Shown here piece by piece: positions 8,008 through 16,872 of a stretch of DNA of 32,000 nt. The stretch lies in contig CAZKBG010000001.1 of assembly GCA_964551375.1 (NCBI GenBank), forward strand, positions 600,001 through 632,000. Reading direction: 5' to 3'. Numbering within the stretch: the first letter of the stretch is position 1; every line of letters starts with the position of its first letter. This DNA is from an uncultured archaeon (GTDB lineage: Archaea > Iainarchaeota > Iainarchaeia > Iainarchaeales > JAAZKV01). The position numbers and the translations under genes are program-made. The notes beneath the pieces are model-generated. The model was not told the DNA's origin and did not search any database. It saw only the letters and a list, made by a program, of their open reading frames with translations.

Positions 8008-9456
8008 CTAAAGCAAAACTCCTTTTGCATTTCTTAAATACCCCAAATCATCTGAAAATAAATATCTAATATCATTAATTCCGAGTTTAAACATTGCAAG
8101 ACGATCAATTCCTAAACCCCACGCAATTGCTTCCCCTTTGATTCCAATATTATCAAGCATTTCAGGCCTAAACATTCCCGCTCCGCCAAGCTCAACCCAC
8201 CCCAAATCAGGATGCTTTGCAGAGAGCTGAACACTCGGCTCTGTGAAAGGATAATAATCCGGGAAGAATTTTACTTTCTCCGCGCCCGCTACTTCAATTG
8301 CAAAATCTTTTAACATCCCAAGCAAATGCTTGAAATTCAAATCTTCCCCAATAATGAATCCTTCCATCTGATTAAATTCCATCAAGTGAGTTGCATCAAG
8401 CACATCTGGGCGAAAGCATCTTGCAATTGCAAAATACTTTCCAGGAGTTTTTACTCCGCTTACTAACTGCTTTGCTGAATGCGCAGTTCCATGAGCAGAA
8501 GGCATTAATCTTTCAGCAATATCAACGCTCCAATCATATCTCCAGCCCTTGCTCCCAGATTTTCCGCCAGTTTCATGAGCGGATTTAATCGCATCAACAA
8601 TTTTCTTTTCAGGAAGAGCCCCTTTCTTTGGATTCTTTAACTGATAAGTATCAGTCCAAGTCCTTGCAGGATGATTCTGCGGCTGGTACAAAACATCAAA
8701 ATTATAAAATTCAGTAACAGCAAGACTTGTAGGCATTTCCTTAAATCCAAGAGCGACTAATTTAGCGCGAATCTGCTGCAAAAACTGCAAGTAAGGAGCT
8801 TTCTTTCCCAAAAAAATTGTTGGAACAGGGGCGCTCACGTCATACGCCCTTGAAATATTTTGAGTGGACAAAACTTCCTTTGCTTCAACACCTGATTTTG
8901 AAATTGAAATTGAGCGCTCCACTATTTTTTTCTTTTCAATTAATCCTCTTTTTGCAAGCTCAAGAGCAATACTAACACCAATCTTTTTACCGTCAGCAAC
9001 ATCGCGAAGCGAATTCTGCTCTGAAAAAGATTCCCCTTCTTTTGCAACACCAGTCTCTTCAATTTTCCCCTGCATTATAACAACAAACGCTTTTCGCTTA
9101 TTTATTCCAAGAGCGGCCATAAATTCCTGCTTTGAGAGAGCTGATTCTTTTTCAAGCTCGGCAAAAGTTGCTTTTCCTCCAAGGCGGGACAAAGCTTCAA
9201 GCAAAATATTTTCAGGCATTCCTTTAGACAATGCTTTTTCGCCATCAGCGGTTAAGACAAAATTTTCGCTTTCCTTTTCAACAATAGATGCAAATCCTTT
9301 TTCATTAAGCCAAGCAGAAGCCCTTCTAACTGAATCAACTGGAAGAGCAGTAACACCGGAAATTTCGCCAAACGAAACAGGCTTATTTGAAAGAGATAAA
9401 AGCACTTTTCTTTCAATCTCGCTAAGCTCTTTGATTTTATTATCCACAACTGGCAT
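8008..9456 (-). CDS. pheS: Phenylalanyl-tRNA synthetase alpha subunit (archaeal/eukaryal type with N-terminal winged-helix repeats)
   Basis: 482-aa ORF. Class II motifs: motif 2 FRPDVLDATHLMEFNQMEG and motif 3 GLGIDRLAM. Confidence 0.9.
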   Translation of the reverse strand: MPVVDNKIKELSEIERKVLLSLSNKPVSFGEISGVTALPVDSVRRASAWLNEKGFASIVEKESENFVLTADGEKALSKGMPENILLEALSRLGGKATFAELEKESALSKQEFMAALGINKRKAFVVIMQGKIEETGVAKEGESFSEQNSLRDVADGKKIGVSIALELAKRGLIEKKKIVERSISISKSGVEAKEVLSTQNISRAYDVSAPVPTIFLGKKAPYLQFLQQIRAKLVALGFKEMPTSLAVTEFYNFDVLYQPQNHPARTWTDTYQLKNPKKGALPEKKIVDAIKSAHETGGKSGSKGWRYDWSVDIAERLMPSAHGTAHSAKQLVSGVKTPGKYFAIARCFRPDVLDATHLMEFNQMEGFIIGEDLNFKHLLGMLKDFAIEVAGAEKVKFFPDYYPFTEPSVQLSAKHPDLGWVELGGAGMFRPEMLDNIGIKGEAIAWGLGIDRLAMFKLGINDIRYLFSDDLGYLRNAKGVLL

Positions 9457-9594
9457 GAAAGAATTACCAAAATCGTTATTTTAAAGGTTTCATGTAGGGC
9501 GATTTTCCAAAAAAGAACTCTCTAAAGTGAAGAAAAAACGAAAAAACAGCAAAATATTTAAGACATCCCTTAAGGGTGTTATTTAGAGATAACA

Positions 9595-9858
9595 ATGGTG
9601 GAAATACAAAAAACACTTGATAAGTGGTTTGGAAAAGTGCAAAAAGAAGTATCCTCAAAAATAGGAAACTTTGTGGCATTTATGTTCTTCTTAGTCGCTC
9701 TTGGCGCATGGATTGGAATGAGCGTTGCGCATAACTACCCAAACGAATCGCTTCTTGCAATAATGCTTCCCGCAGTAGCAGGACTTTTGGCATATTACAA
9801 CAGAGCATTTGCGACAGCAGTATTCGTTGTTGTAATTTTAATGATTTTCATCATTTAA
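9595..9858 (+). CDS. Small hypothetical membrane protein (2-3 TM)
   Basis: 87-aa ORF with hydrophobic segments FVAFMFFLVALGAWIGM, LLAIMLPAVAGLLAY and AVFVVVILMIFII. No family recognised. Confidence 0.4.
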   Translation: MVEIQKTLDKWFGKVQKEVSSKIGNFVAFMFFLVALGAWIGMSVAHNYPNESLLAIMLPAVAGLLAYYNRAFATAVFVVVILMIFII

Positions 9859-9888
9859 CGCACGTTGACTGACGAAAATCAAGAAAGA

Positions 9889-9898
9889 CTTTTTAATC
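9889..9898 (+). promoter_or_regulatory. TATA-like box for the pilin-like operon
   Basis: ctttttaatc is centred about 26 nt upstream of the ATG at 9919, the spacing expected for a leaderless or short-leader archaeal transcript. Confidence 0.35.
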
Positions 9899-9918
9899 AG
9901 GAAAAACGCTTTTTTTGA

Positions 9919-10455
9919 ATGAAAGGCTTTGTTTCATTCGCAGTAATCCTTGCAATACTTGCGGCGCTGCTTTTTTTCAAAATCGGAACAATGGATGTCG
10001 AAAACAAACTTAATATTGTTGAAAATGAGCTTATCAAAGCCGAGATTTCAAACAAAGAACGAACCATCCTTGAAAATAATGTGGATAAAATCGTTGAAAT
10101 AAAGCTCAACGAACAAATATTCAAAAATAATTTTGATGTAATAAAAGCGCAAGATGAAATAAACACAACCCTTTCAAAATATTTACTTAACAAAACCTAT
10201 GGAGCAACGCTTGCTGGCGAAAAGATAAGCGAAGCTACTAAATTATTTCTTAATCAAAATTCAAAAGTTACTATTTTGAAAACAAGATATTTTACATATG
10301 CTGAATACACTTTCTGCTCAAATGCTCTCAAAAATACAACCATCAAAAAAGCGCTTGGAAACAATATCAAAAGCGAGTTCACTATTCCAATTGGATATTC
10401 TAAGAAAATAATTACCCCAATTTATAAAAATTTGCAAATCAAATTGAAAACTTAA
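9919..10455 (+). CDS. Type IV pilin-like protein (class III signal peptide), first gene of a four-gene operon
   Basis: 178-aa ORF. MKG|FVSFAVILAILAALLFF is a short charged leader ending in G followed by an approximately 20-aa hydrophobic helix, then a polar Asn/Lys-rich globular part. Confidence 0.55.
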   Translation: MKGFVSFAVILAILAALLFFKIGTMDVENKLNIVENELIKAEISNKERTILENNVDKIVEIKLNEQIFKNNFDVIKAQDEINTTLSKYLLNKTYGATLAGEKISEATKLFLNQNSKVTILKTRYFTYAEYTFCSNALKNTTIKKALGNNIKSEFTIPIGYSKKIITPIYKNLQIKLKT

Positions 10456-10468
10456 AGGACTGGATAAA

Positions 10469-10795
10469 ATGAATTCAATTGATGCGCTAATTTCAATCTG
10501 TGTTCTTTTTGCCGCGTTTGGAATTCTAATCGGAGCAGTGAATTTACAAAACGAGAATTCAAAGCATGCTTTACTTTCAGCGAAAGCAAAAGGAGAGACG
10601 CTCAAATGCGCAGCAATTGTTGATTCAATTGCGTCCAATAGCGCAAAAGGATACAATGACAGATTGAACTGTGAAAGCGACGGAAATAGATTAAGCGCAA
10701 ATGAAGAGGGAGTTACTAAAAGTGCAGCAACAATAATTGAAACCACAAATACTGGAGAACTTGTGCTTAAAATTAACAAACACTATCTGGACTGA
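10469..10795 (+). CDS. Type IV pilin-like protein (class III signal peptide-like N-terminus)
   Basis: 108-aa ORF. MNSIDALISICVLFAAFGILIGAV resembles the other members (xIDAxIS) but has a very short leader. It starts 13 nt after the previous gene. Confidence 0.45.
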   Translation: MNSIDALISICVLFAAFGILIGAVNLQNENSKHALLSAKAKGETLKCAAIVDSIASNSAKGYNDRLNCESDGNRLSANEEGVTKSAATIIETTNTGELVLKINKHYLD

Positions 10796-10800
10796 TTAAA

Positions 10801-11286
10801 ATGAAACAAATTAAGACACTAAATATAGGACACTTTACGCAAAAAGGACAAATCTTCGGAATAGACGCTATGATCAGCTTTACAATAATGCTATTTTGCC
10901 TGCTCACCTTTGCAATAACTTTGGCAAACCAGACACAAAATACATTAAACAACCTGCAAGATTTCGAGCTTGAAGAAAAAACGATTGCAATAACTGATTC
11001 GCTTGTCAAAAACCGCGATGAAAATAACCCTCTTTTTGGCTCCTGCGCAGTTGATTATGAAAAGAAACGAGTTCTGACAAGCGTTATTGATATAGAACTT
11101 TTAAGAAAGGCACAAACAGTTGATTTTGAGGGAATATTTGCAAAACAAATCACAATTAAGAAAAATGACTATGTGGAAAATATTTTTTTAGAAACAAGAG
11201 ATTCTAACCAGTGCATATCAGTAAAAAGATTTGCGCTTATTGAAAACAAAAAGTCAATTTTGGAAGTGGTTATTTGCAGAAGCTGA
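10801..11286 (+). CDS. Type IV pilin-like protein (class III signal peptide)
   Basis: 161-aa ORF. The leader MKQIKTLNIGHFTQKG is followed by QIFGIDAMISFTIMLFCLLTFAITL, giving a KG|Q processing-site pattern. Confidence 0.6.
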   Translation: MKQIKTLNIGHFTQKGQIFGIDAMISFTIMLFCLLTFAITLANQTQNTLNNLQDFELEEKTIAITDSLVKNRDENNPLFGSCAVDYEKKRVLTSVIDIELLRKAQTVDFEGIFAKQITIKKNDYVENIFLETRDSNQCISVKRFALIENKKSILEVVICRS

Positions 11287-11645
11287 CAGAATCAAAGAAT
11301 AGAAATGAAAAAGGAGCAATTTTTTCAATTGAAGCAGCAATTTCAATACTTTGCTTTGCAATGCTGTTAACCACAGTTAATTACACAGAAAAACAGAGCC
11401 TAAAAGAAGTTCTAATAACCGAGCAAGCAAATGACTTGCTACGCGTATGGAGCACTGGATTTGAAACAACTGACTCCATGAAAGAAGATGCAAATATACT
11501 GTTTGAAGATAAAGCCGAAATTTATGTAAATGGCAATAAAATACTTTCAGCAAGAGAAGAAATAAATTCAATTTCAACCGAAGGAATTATTTTAAATAAA
11601 TTTCTTGAAGAAAGCAATATCAGGATTGTTGTTTATTACAAATAA
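11274..11645 (+). CDS. Type IV pilin-like protein (class III signal peptide); TTG start overlapping the previous gene
   Basis: 123-aa ORF. (TTG)QKLTESKNRNEKG|AIFSIEAAISILCFAMLLTTV. There is no in-frame ATG upstream of the signal peptide. The SD-like GGAAGTGGT at 11262-11270 precedes the TTG at 11274. The gene overlaps the previous gene by 13 nt. Confidence 0.55.
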   Translation: MQKLTESKNRNEKGAIFSIEAAISILCFAMLLTTVNYTEKQSLKEVLITEQANDLLRVWSTGFETTDSMKEDANILFEDKAEIYVNGNKILSAREEINSISTEGIILNKFLEESNIRIVVYYK

Positions 11646-11652
11646 ACAAATT

Positions 11653-12093
11653 TTAGGAAGAATTATTGATTTCTATTTCAATTAATCCCCTGATTTTAGC
11701 GAGTTTAACTTCAAAAGCGCCTGAATAACTGCCCATGCCCAAGATTTTTGCTCCCCCCAACCCAATATCAAAACTTTTCTCCCCCACACTAATAAAAAGA
11801 GTTCCAGTATTTTCCGAGAAATTTATTTCTTTTGCCGCAAAATAATAAAGGCTTTTTGAAGAGCCGTCCGCAAGAAAAGAAAAAAGAGAAATTGACTCGT
11901 TTAAGTCAGAAGAAATCTTTTTCGCCAATAGAATATCGCTTGAAATTAAAAAAGCATCAACGCTATACCCCATTACCGGAAGAGAAATTCCAAGAACGCC
12001 AAAAAAAGCCGCAAAAAGAAGCAAGTACTCAATAGAGACCTGCCCCTTTTTGCGACAGTATGCAGGTTGATATGATCGGATCAAAATAATCAC
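11653..12093 (-). CDS. Type IV pilin-like protein (canonical class III signal peptide); GTG start overlapping the stop of the upstream gene
   Basis: 146-aa ORF. (GTG)IILIRSYQPAYCRKKG|QVSIEYLLLFAAFFGVLGISL. The KG|QVSIE site places Glu at +5, as in archaeal prepilins and archaellins. AAGTGATT gives a GTGA start/stop overlap with 12090..12305. Confidence 0.65.
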   Translation of the reverse strand: MIILIRSYQPAYCRKKGQVSIEYLLLFAAFFGVLGISLPVMGYSVDAFLISSDILLAKKISSDLNESISLFSFLADGSSKSLYYFAAKEINFSENTGTLFISVGEKSFDIGLGGAKILGMGSYSGAFEVKLAKIRGLIEIEINNSS

Positions 12094-12305
12094 TTAATAT
12101 CATCAATCTTCTTCAAAACATCTTCAGAAGTTTCCTTTAATTTCTTAGAACCTTCCTCACTGGTTGCCTGCATCTGCGAAACAAGCACAAGCACCACTGC
12201 AACAACCGCTGCGAGAACTATAATAAGCTCCACAGAGATTTGCGCATCCGCCTCGCAGAAAATTGAATTTCTATTAATGAATTTTGAACCAAACATTTCA
12301 ATCAC
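12090..12305 (-). CDS. Short class III signal peptide protein (UPF0333/Class_IIIsignal-like; candidate major pilin)
   Basis: 71-aa ORF. ...CEADA|QISVELIIVLAAVVAVVLVLV is followed by a short acidic/Lys tail. The size and QISxE motif match the small archaeal pilin-like family. Confidence 0.6.
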   Translation of the reverse strand: MIEMFGSKFINRNSIFCEADAQISVELIIVLAAVVAVVLVLVSQMQATSEEGSKKLKETSEDVLKKIDDIK

Positions 12306-12375
12306 AAAGAACCCCTATTTTGAATGAATAAAAAGCTTTACAACAATTCGACAAATGCCGATAGGAAAAATTGAA

Positions 12376-12387
12376 AAATATATAAAC
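12376..12387 (+). promoter_or_regulatory. TATA-like box upstream of the M50 protease gene
   Basis: aaatatataaac is centred about 31 nt upstream of the ATG at 12413. Confidence 0.35.
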
Positions 12388-12412
12388 TCAACGGAACAAA
12401 TAATTAGGTAAT

Positions 12413-13036
12413 ATGACACACAATAACAGCAAAAGTTCAGTGTTTCACTTCAGTCCGCAGGAAAAAAAGGACTTAATTATTTCCTGGATTACACTAAGCT
12501 TGGCTTTTGCAGTAGTAATAAGCCCAAGATTCTTTAACACTGAAAGTATGCTTGTTGCTCTTCCAATAGCAATGGTCGGGGTGGGAACAGGATTTGTTTT
12601 GCACGAACTAGCCCATAGAGAAGCTGCCAAGTCATTTGGATTTCACTCAGAATTTAGAGCATGGTATCCGGGATTAGGACTTGCAATAATACTTGCAATA
12701 GTATCATTTGGACAATTTACCTTCGCTGCTCCTGGAGCAACATACTTCTTCGGGCACAACGTATCAAGAAGACAAAATGGAATAATCTCAGCAGCAGGAC
12801 CGGCAATAAATATTGTAATTGGATTACTACTAATGGTTCTTGGAATATTCTCAAGCGGGTTCATACAATACGTCTTAATTGCAGCAAGCACAATAAACTT
12901 TTGGCTAGCGTTATTTAATTTAATTCCAATATATCCTCTGGATGGCTCAAAAATAGTTGCATGGAAACCAGTTGCGTGGGTATTACTTGCAGTAATAAGC
13001 GGATTCTTTGTATTTGCGCCCGGAATTTTGTTTTAA
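12413..13036 (+). CDS. M50 family (site-2 protease-like) membrane metalloprotease, short form
   Basis: 207-aa polytopic ORF with HExxH (HELAHREAA) in a TM segment and the second metal-ligand motif NLIPIYPLDGSKI (NxxPxxxLDG). Confidence 0.8.
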   Translation: MTHNNSKSSVFHFSPQEKKDLIISWITLSLAFAVVISPRFFNTESMLVALPIAMVGVGTGFVLHELAHREAAKSFGFHSEFRAWYPGLGLAIILAIVSFGQFTFAAPGATYFFGHNVSRRQNGIISAAGPAINIVIGLLLMVLGIFSSGFIQYVLIAASTINFWLALFNLIPIYPLDGSKIVAWKPVAWVLLAVISGFFVFAPGILF

Positions 13037-13070
13037 AAAACTCAAGAAATAGATTTTTTGTTAATTTAAA
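13037..13070. terminator. Bidirectional T-tract terminator spacer (convergent genes)
   Basis: Plus strand has GATTTTTTG (T6 at 13054-13059). Minus strand reads ...GAGTTTTTT. Archaeal termination is oligo-T driven. Confidence 0.35.
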
Positions 13071-14456
13071 CTATTTTAAATAATTTCCTCTCGCAAGATA
13101 CACTTTTGTTCCTCCGCCATGATGAGTTTCAAGCAAACCTTTTTCCAAAAACTCATAAATTGCAGAACTATTATTTCTTGCGCAGAACTTTTTCACTTCA
13201 ACAATCTTCTTTCCTCCAGGGCCGATAAATGAAAGCACTCTTGCAAGCCGATCAGGAGTCGCATTTACTGCTTTTGAAAGCAAACCGTTGTCAAGAGCTG
13301 TGAAAAATATTCTTTGAGAAAGCGAACCTGAATTAGCAAGTTTTACAACAGAATCGTTGCTTAACGTGCGGGAATCAAGCATCTGCCTAAAACGAGAAGA
13401 TACAAGCGGATTCTCATTTGCAATCTCAACAAGCGCTGAAAGGACAGGATTAAACTTTGCGCCTGTAATTCTTGCAGCCCTTGCTTGATTAGAAACAGCT
13501 TTGCTTCTATGTTCCTTTGCTACTTTTTCTTTCTGCTCATAAGAAGCAAGACGCTCTCCCCTAGTCAGAGCTTTTGAAGGAGCACTTGCTGATTGAGGTT
13601 GTGCTGTTGAAGTAGGAACTCTCACCGGCTTTATTACTCCAAAAGACCTTCCAAGCTCGAAAAACAAATCAGCCTTCATTTTTTCCATAACACTAGCAAT
13701 AATCATTGTCTGCTCCCTTGCGCCAATAGTCGGAGAAGAGGCAACAGCATTTTTTACAAGCTCATTATACTTAGGCATGTTGCGCTCAATCCACTTCTTA
13801 GCAGTGCGCTTCTGGTTAGGAGTTAATTTAACTCCTTTAAAAGTAAGTTCCGCAAAAAAGTTTCTCGCAGAATTCTGCCACATCCTAACTCCGCGCTCAG
13901 TCTTTAGCAGATTAATATACACTCTGTCAAAATCAGCCGCAGGAACGCGAGAAGTTGCAAGAACTGAAGTTGAATGAATCTGTATAAAATCCGCAAGCGC
14001 CATGTCAAGAAGCTTCTTATTCAAAGGCAATCCCCTTTCCTTAAGATACTTCGTAAAATGCTTTTCAAGCGTGGAAACAAGAACCTCTGCGCTAGAATGA
14101 ACAACCTTTTCAACAACTCCTGCAAAAAAACTATTCACAGTAGACTCTGAAAACTCACCCTTCTTCAAAAGCCCCACAATTGTCTGCTTGGTAGCATTAG
14201 CTGGAACAGGTTTCCCAGATTTTGCATAAGTCGCCCTTAAAATATTCATCAAGTCGCCTGAGTTTCTTGAAAGAAACTCGACTTTAGTCTGCATTGGAAT
14301 TTCATTTGCTTTCATTCGCATAAAACGATAGCTTTTTTCAACATCCCTTGGAAAAGAAACAGACACATACTTTGAATGAAGCTGCCTAAGTTTGGCTTTA
14401 TGCTCTTTTCTTTTTGGAGCAAGACAATACCATTTAGCTGAAGTTGGACTTGGCAT
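13071..14456 (-). CDS. Hypothetical protein, orphan; possible C-terminal winged-helix
   Basis: 461-aa ORF, 49 nt downstream of cdc48 on the same strand. I recognise no motif. The C-terminal SSAIYEFLEKGLLETHHGGGTKVYLARG looks like a recognition helix plus wing. The central PVRVPTSTAQPQSASAPSK is a likely linker. Confidence 0.5.
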   Translation of the reverse strand: MPSPTSAKWYCLAPKRKEHKAKLRQLHSKYVSVSFPRDVEKSYRFMRMKANEIPMQTKVEFLSRNSGDLMNILRATYAKSGKPVPANATKQTIVGLLKKGEFSESTVNSFFAGVVEKVVHSSAEVLVSTLEKHFTKYLKERGLPLNKKLLDMALADFIQIHSTSVLATSRVPAADFDRVYINLLKTERGVRMWQNSARNFFAELTFKGVKLTPNQKRTAKKWIERNMPKYNELVKNAVASSPTIGAREQTMIIASVMEKMKADLFFELGRSFGVIKPVRVPTSTAQPQSASAPSKALTRGERLASYEQKEKVAKEHRSKAVSNQARAARITGAKFNPVLSALVEIANENPLVSSRFRQMLDSRTLSNDSVVKLANSGSLSQRIFFTALDNGLLSKAVNATPDRLARVLSFIGPGGKKIVEVKKFCARNNSSAIYEFLEKGLLETHHGGGTKVYLARGNYLK

Positions 14457-14505
14457 AACAAAGTAGCCACTGAATAAGTAGAAAAAGCTTTGGGAGAGTT
14501 AAAAA

Positions 14506-16713
14506 CTAACCAACGTAACTAGGGCGGAAGTCAAGGGCTTTTTCTTTGAACTCTGAATATGCCTTCTCAGACTCATCATCAATTGAAGGATTCATTTTTC
14601 TTAAAATTTCTTCAAAGTGTTTCATTGCAATTAGTCCGGGCTTCATATTATTCTGGCTCAATACAAGAAGCGCGGCTTCTCTAACAAGCCCCTCAAGGTC
14701 TGCCCCGCTGAATCCCTTTGTCTGCTGTGCAAGAATTTTAATTGAAACATCCTTATCAAGTTTAACATTTTTTATATGAACTTTTAGAATTGCTTCCCTT
14801 GCTTCTTCATTAGGAGCAGGAACTATAATTAATTTATCAATCCTGCCGGGGCGTAAAAGCGCAGGGTCAATTAAATCAGGGCGGTTAGTTGCGGCAATGA
14901 AAACAACATCGCTTAATGATTCAACCCCGTCAAGTTCAGTCAATAGCTGATTAACCATTCTTTCAGTAACATTATTTCCAGCCTCAGTGCCTCTTCTTGG
15001 CGCAATTGCATCAATTTCATCAAAGAAAACAACGCACGGCGAAACCTGCCTTGCTTTTCTAAAAATCTTTCTAACACCCCTCTCTCCTTCCCCAACCCAC
15101 ATGCTCAAAAGTTCAGGGCCTTTAATTGAAATAAAATTTGCTTCGCTTTCAGTAGCAACTGCTTTTGCAAGAAGCGTTTTGCCTGTCCCCGGAGGACCAT
15201 AAAGAAGAACTCCTTTAGGAGGAGAAATCCCCATTTCCTTAAACGCCTGCGGATTTTTAATCGGCCACTCAACAGCCTGCTTTAATTCGCTCTTTACTGA
15301 TTCAAGCGCGCCAATCTGCTCCCAGCGAACATTAGGAATTTCAATTGCAACTTCCCTTAATGCGCTTGGCTGGACATCTTTAAGCCCCTCAATAAAGTCA
15401 TTTTGAGTGATTTTTAACTTTTCCAAAACTTCAGGAGGAATTGTGTCCTCTTCTAAATCAATTTGAGGCAAATATCTTCTCAATGCTTTCATTGCGGCTT
15501 CTTTGCTTAATGCTTGAAGATCAGCTCCAACAAATCCGTGAGTCAATGAAGCAAAATAACTTAAATCAACTTTTTCTTTAATTCCTTCTTCAAGAGGCAT
15601 TCCTCTTGTATGAATATTAAGAATTTGTTCTCTTGCTTTTTTATCAGGAACAGTAAATTCAATCTCCCTGTCAAATCTTCCGGGCCTTCTTAACGCTTCA
15701 TCAATTGAATTAACTCTGTTTGTCGCAGCCATTACTATTACTTCCCCTCTTCCTTCAAGGCCGTCCATCAGGGATAACAGCTGGGCTACTACTCTTCTTT
15801 CAACTTCACCAACAACTTCATCTCTCTTTGGAGCAATTGAATCAATTTCATCAATAAAAATAATTGAAGGAGCATTCTCCTGAGCATCCTTGAAAATATT
15901 TCTAACTCTTTCTTCCGCTTCCCCCACAAATTTTCCCATTATTTCAGGAGCTGAGATTGAAATGAAATGAACCTGGGCTTCATTTGCAACAGCTTTTGCA
16001 AGAAGAGTCTTTCCAGTCCCAGGGGGGCCATAAAGAAGAATACCTTTTGGAGGAACAATTCCAAGCTTTTGAAATAACTCAGGGTGCTTCATCGGAAGCT
16101 CAACCATTTCCCTAACTTTTTTTACCTGCTCCCCTAGTCCGCCAATATCTTCATAAGCAACTTTAGGAACGCCTGCCAAGCTATCCTTCACTGGTTTCTC
16201 TTTAAGCGAAAACTGAGTAGCATCAGTAACTTTTACTATTCCCCTTGGAGCAGTATCAACTACTCTATAAATAAATCCTGAGCCAAAAACGCTAATCCAA
16301 ACATTATCCCCGACATTAAGAGGCCTTCCAAGGAAACTTTTCTTCAAAATCCTGTCATACCCTGACGCAATAATTCTAACTTCTTCAATCGGCGCAAGAA
16401 TTACTTTCTTTCCTTCCTGTGGAATTACTTTTTGAACTTTAACTCGTTCATTTAATCCAACTCCGGCGTTGTGCCTGATGAAAGAATCCATTCGAATTAT
16501 CTTTTTGCCCTCATCATCGCTTCTTGCGGGCCAAACAATTGCAGCAGTCTTTTTGCTGCCCTCAATTTGAACAATATCTCCCGAAGTTATTCCTAAATTA
16601 GCCTTAGTTTCTTTATCAATTGTAACAATATTTCTGCCCACGTGAGTAGGGTCAGGATCCTGCACTTGTAAAAGCGCTTCAAATTTCTTTTCATCACTTG
16701 CCGCAGAAGGCAT
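14506..16713 (-). CDS. cdc48: Cdc48/VCP/p97-type AAA+ ATPase (N domain plus D1 plus D2)
   Basis: Two AAA modules, each with [15 protein letters not shown] (Walker A) and IIFIDEID / VVFFDEID (Walker B), and a Cdc48 N-domain (GDIVQIEG...[21 protein letters not shown]). The ORF is open to 16740, but the ATG at 16713 is preceded by a GGTG SD-like motif and gives the usual N-terminus [10 protein letters not shown]. Confidence 0.9.
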   Translation of the reverse strand: MPSAASDEKKFEALLQVQDPDPTHVGRNIVTIDKETKANLGITSGDIVQIEGSKKTAAIVWPARSDDEGKKIIRMDSFIRHNAGVGLNERVKVQKVIPQEGKKVILAPIEEVRIIASGYDRILKKSFLGRPLNVGDNVWISVFGSGFIYRVVDTAPRGIVKVTDATQFSLKEKPVKDSLAGVPKVAYEDIGGLGEQVKKVREMVELPMKHPELFQKLGIVPPKGILLYGPPGTGKTLLAKAVANEAQVHFISISAPEIMGKFVGEAEERVRNIFKDAQENAPSIIFIDEIDSIAPKRDEVVGEVERRVVAQLLSLMDGLEGRGEVIVMAATNRVNSIDEALRRPGRFDREIEFTVPDKKAREQILNIHTRGMPLEEGIKEKVDLSYFASLTHGFVGADLQALSKEAAMKALRRYLPQIDLEEDTIPPEVLEKLKITQNDFIEGLKDVQPSALREVAIEIPNVRWEQIGALESVKSELKQAVEWPIKNPQAFKEMGISPPKGVLLYGPPGTGKTLLAKAVATESEANFISIKGPELLSMWVGEGERGVRKIFRKARQVSPCVVFFDEIDAIAPRRGTEAGNNVTERMVNQLLTELDGVESLSDVVFIAATNRPDLIDPALLRPGRIDKLIIVPAPNEEAREAILKVHIKNVKLDKDVSIKILAQQTKGFSGADLEGLVREAALLVLSQNNMKPGLIAMKHFEEILRKMNPSIDDESEKAYSEFKEKALDFRPSYVG

Positions 16714-16872
16714 ATTTACACCAAAAACATAAAACAACAAAAACTTACCCGGAATTTATTGTTTCTAGAAGATATGAACTAAAAAAGGATTATAAAGCTA
16801 ACCAAGAAATACAAAATTCAAAATAAAACAAGCAAAAGCAGGCTAATTAAGCTAATCCATAGCAATATTGAA

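Noticed and set aside
8864-9484. 206-aa plus-strand ORF inside the pheS region
   Set aside because: It is antisense to a strongly motif-supported pheS. It has a Ser/Phe/Ile-rich low-complexity composition typical of a shadow ORF in AT-rich DNA.
9567-9576. Perfect 10-bp palindrome CCCTTAAGGG between a TATA-like box and the ATG of the 87-aa membrane ORF
   Set aside because: It is short, occurs once, and has no flanking symmetry. It could be an operator, but there is not enough signal to support a claim.
10801-11645. Possibility that 10801..11286 and 11274..11645 are one frameshifted gene
   Set aside because: Each ORF has its own complete leader and hydrophobic class III signal peptide. An SD-like motif precedes the TTG start, so these are two genes.
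16714-16740. 9-aa N-terminal extension of the cdc48 ORF (MLFYVFGVN)
   Set aside because: The second ATG has a GGTG SD-like motif 9 nt upstream and yields a normal Cdc48 N-terminus.
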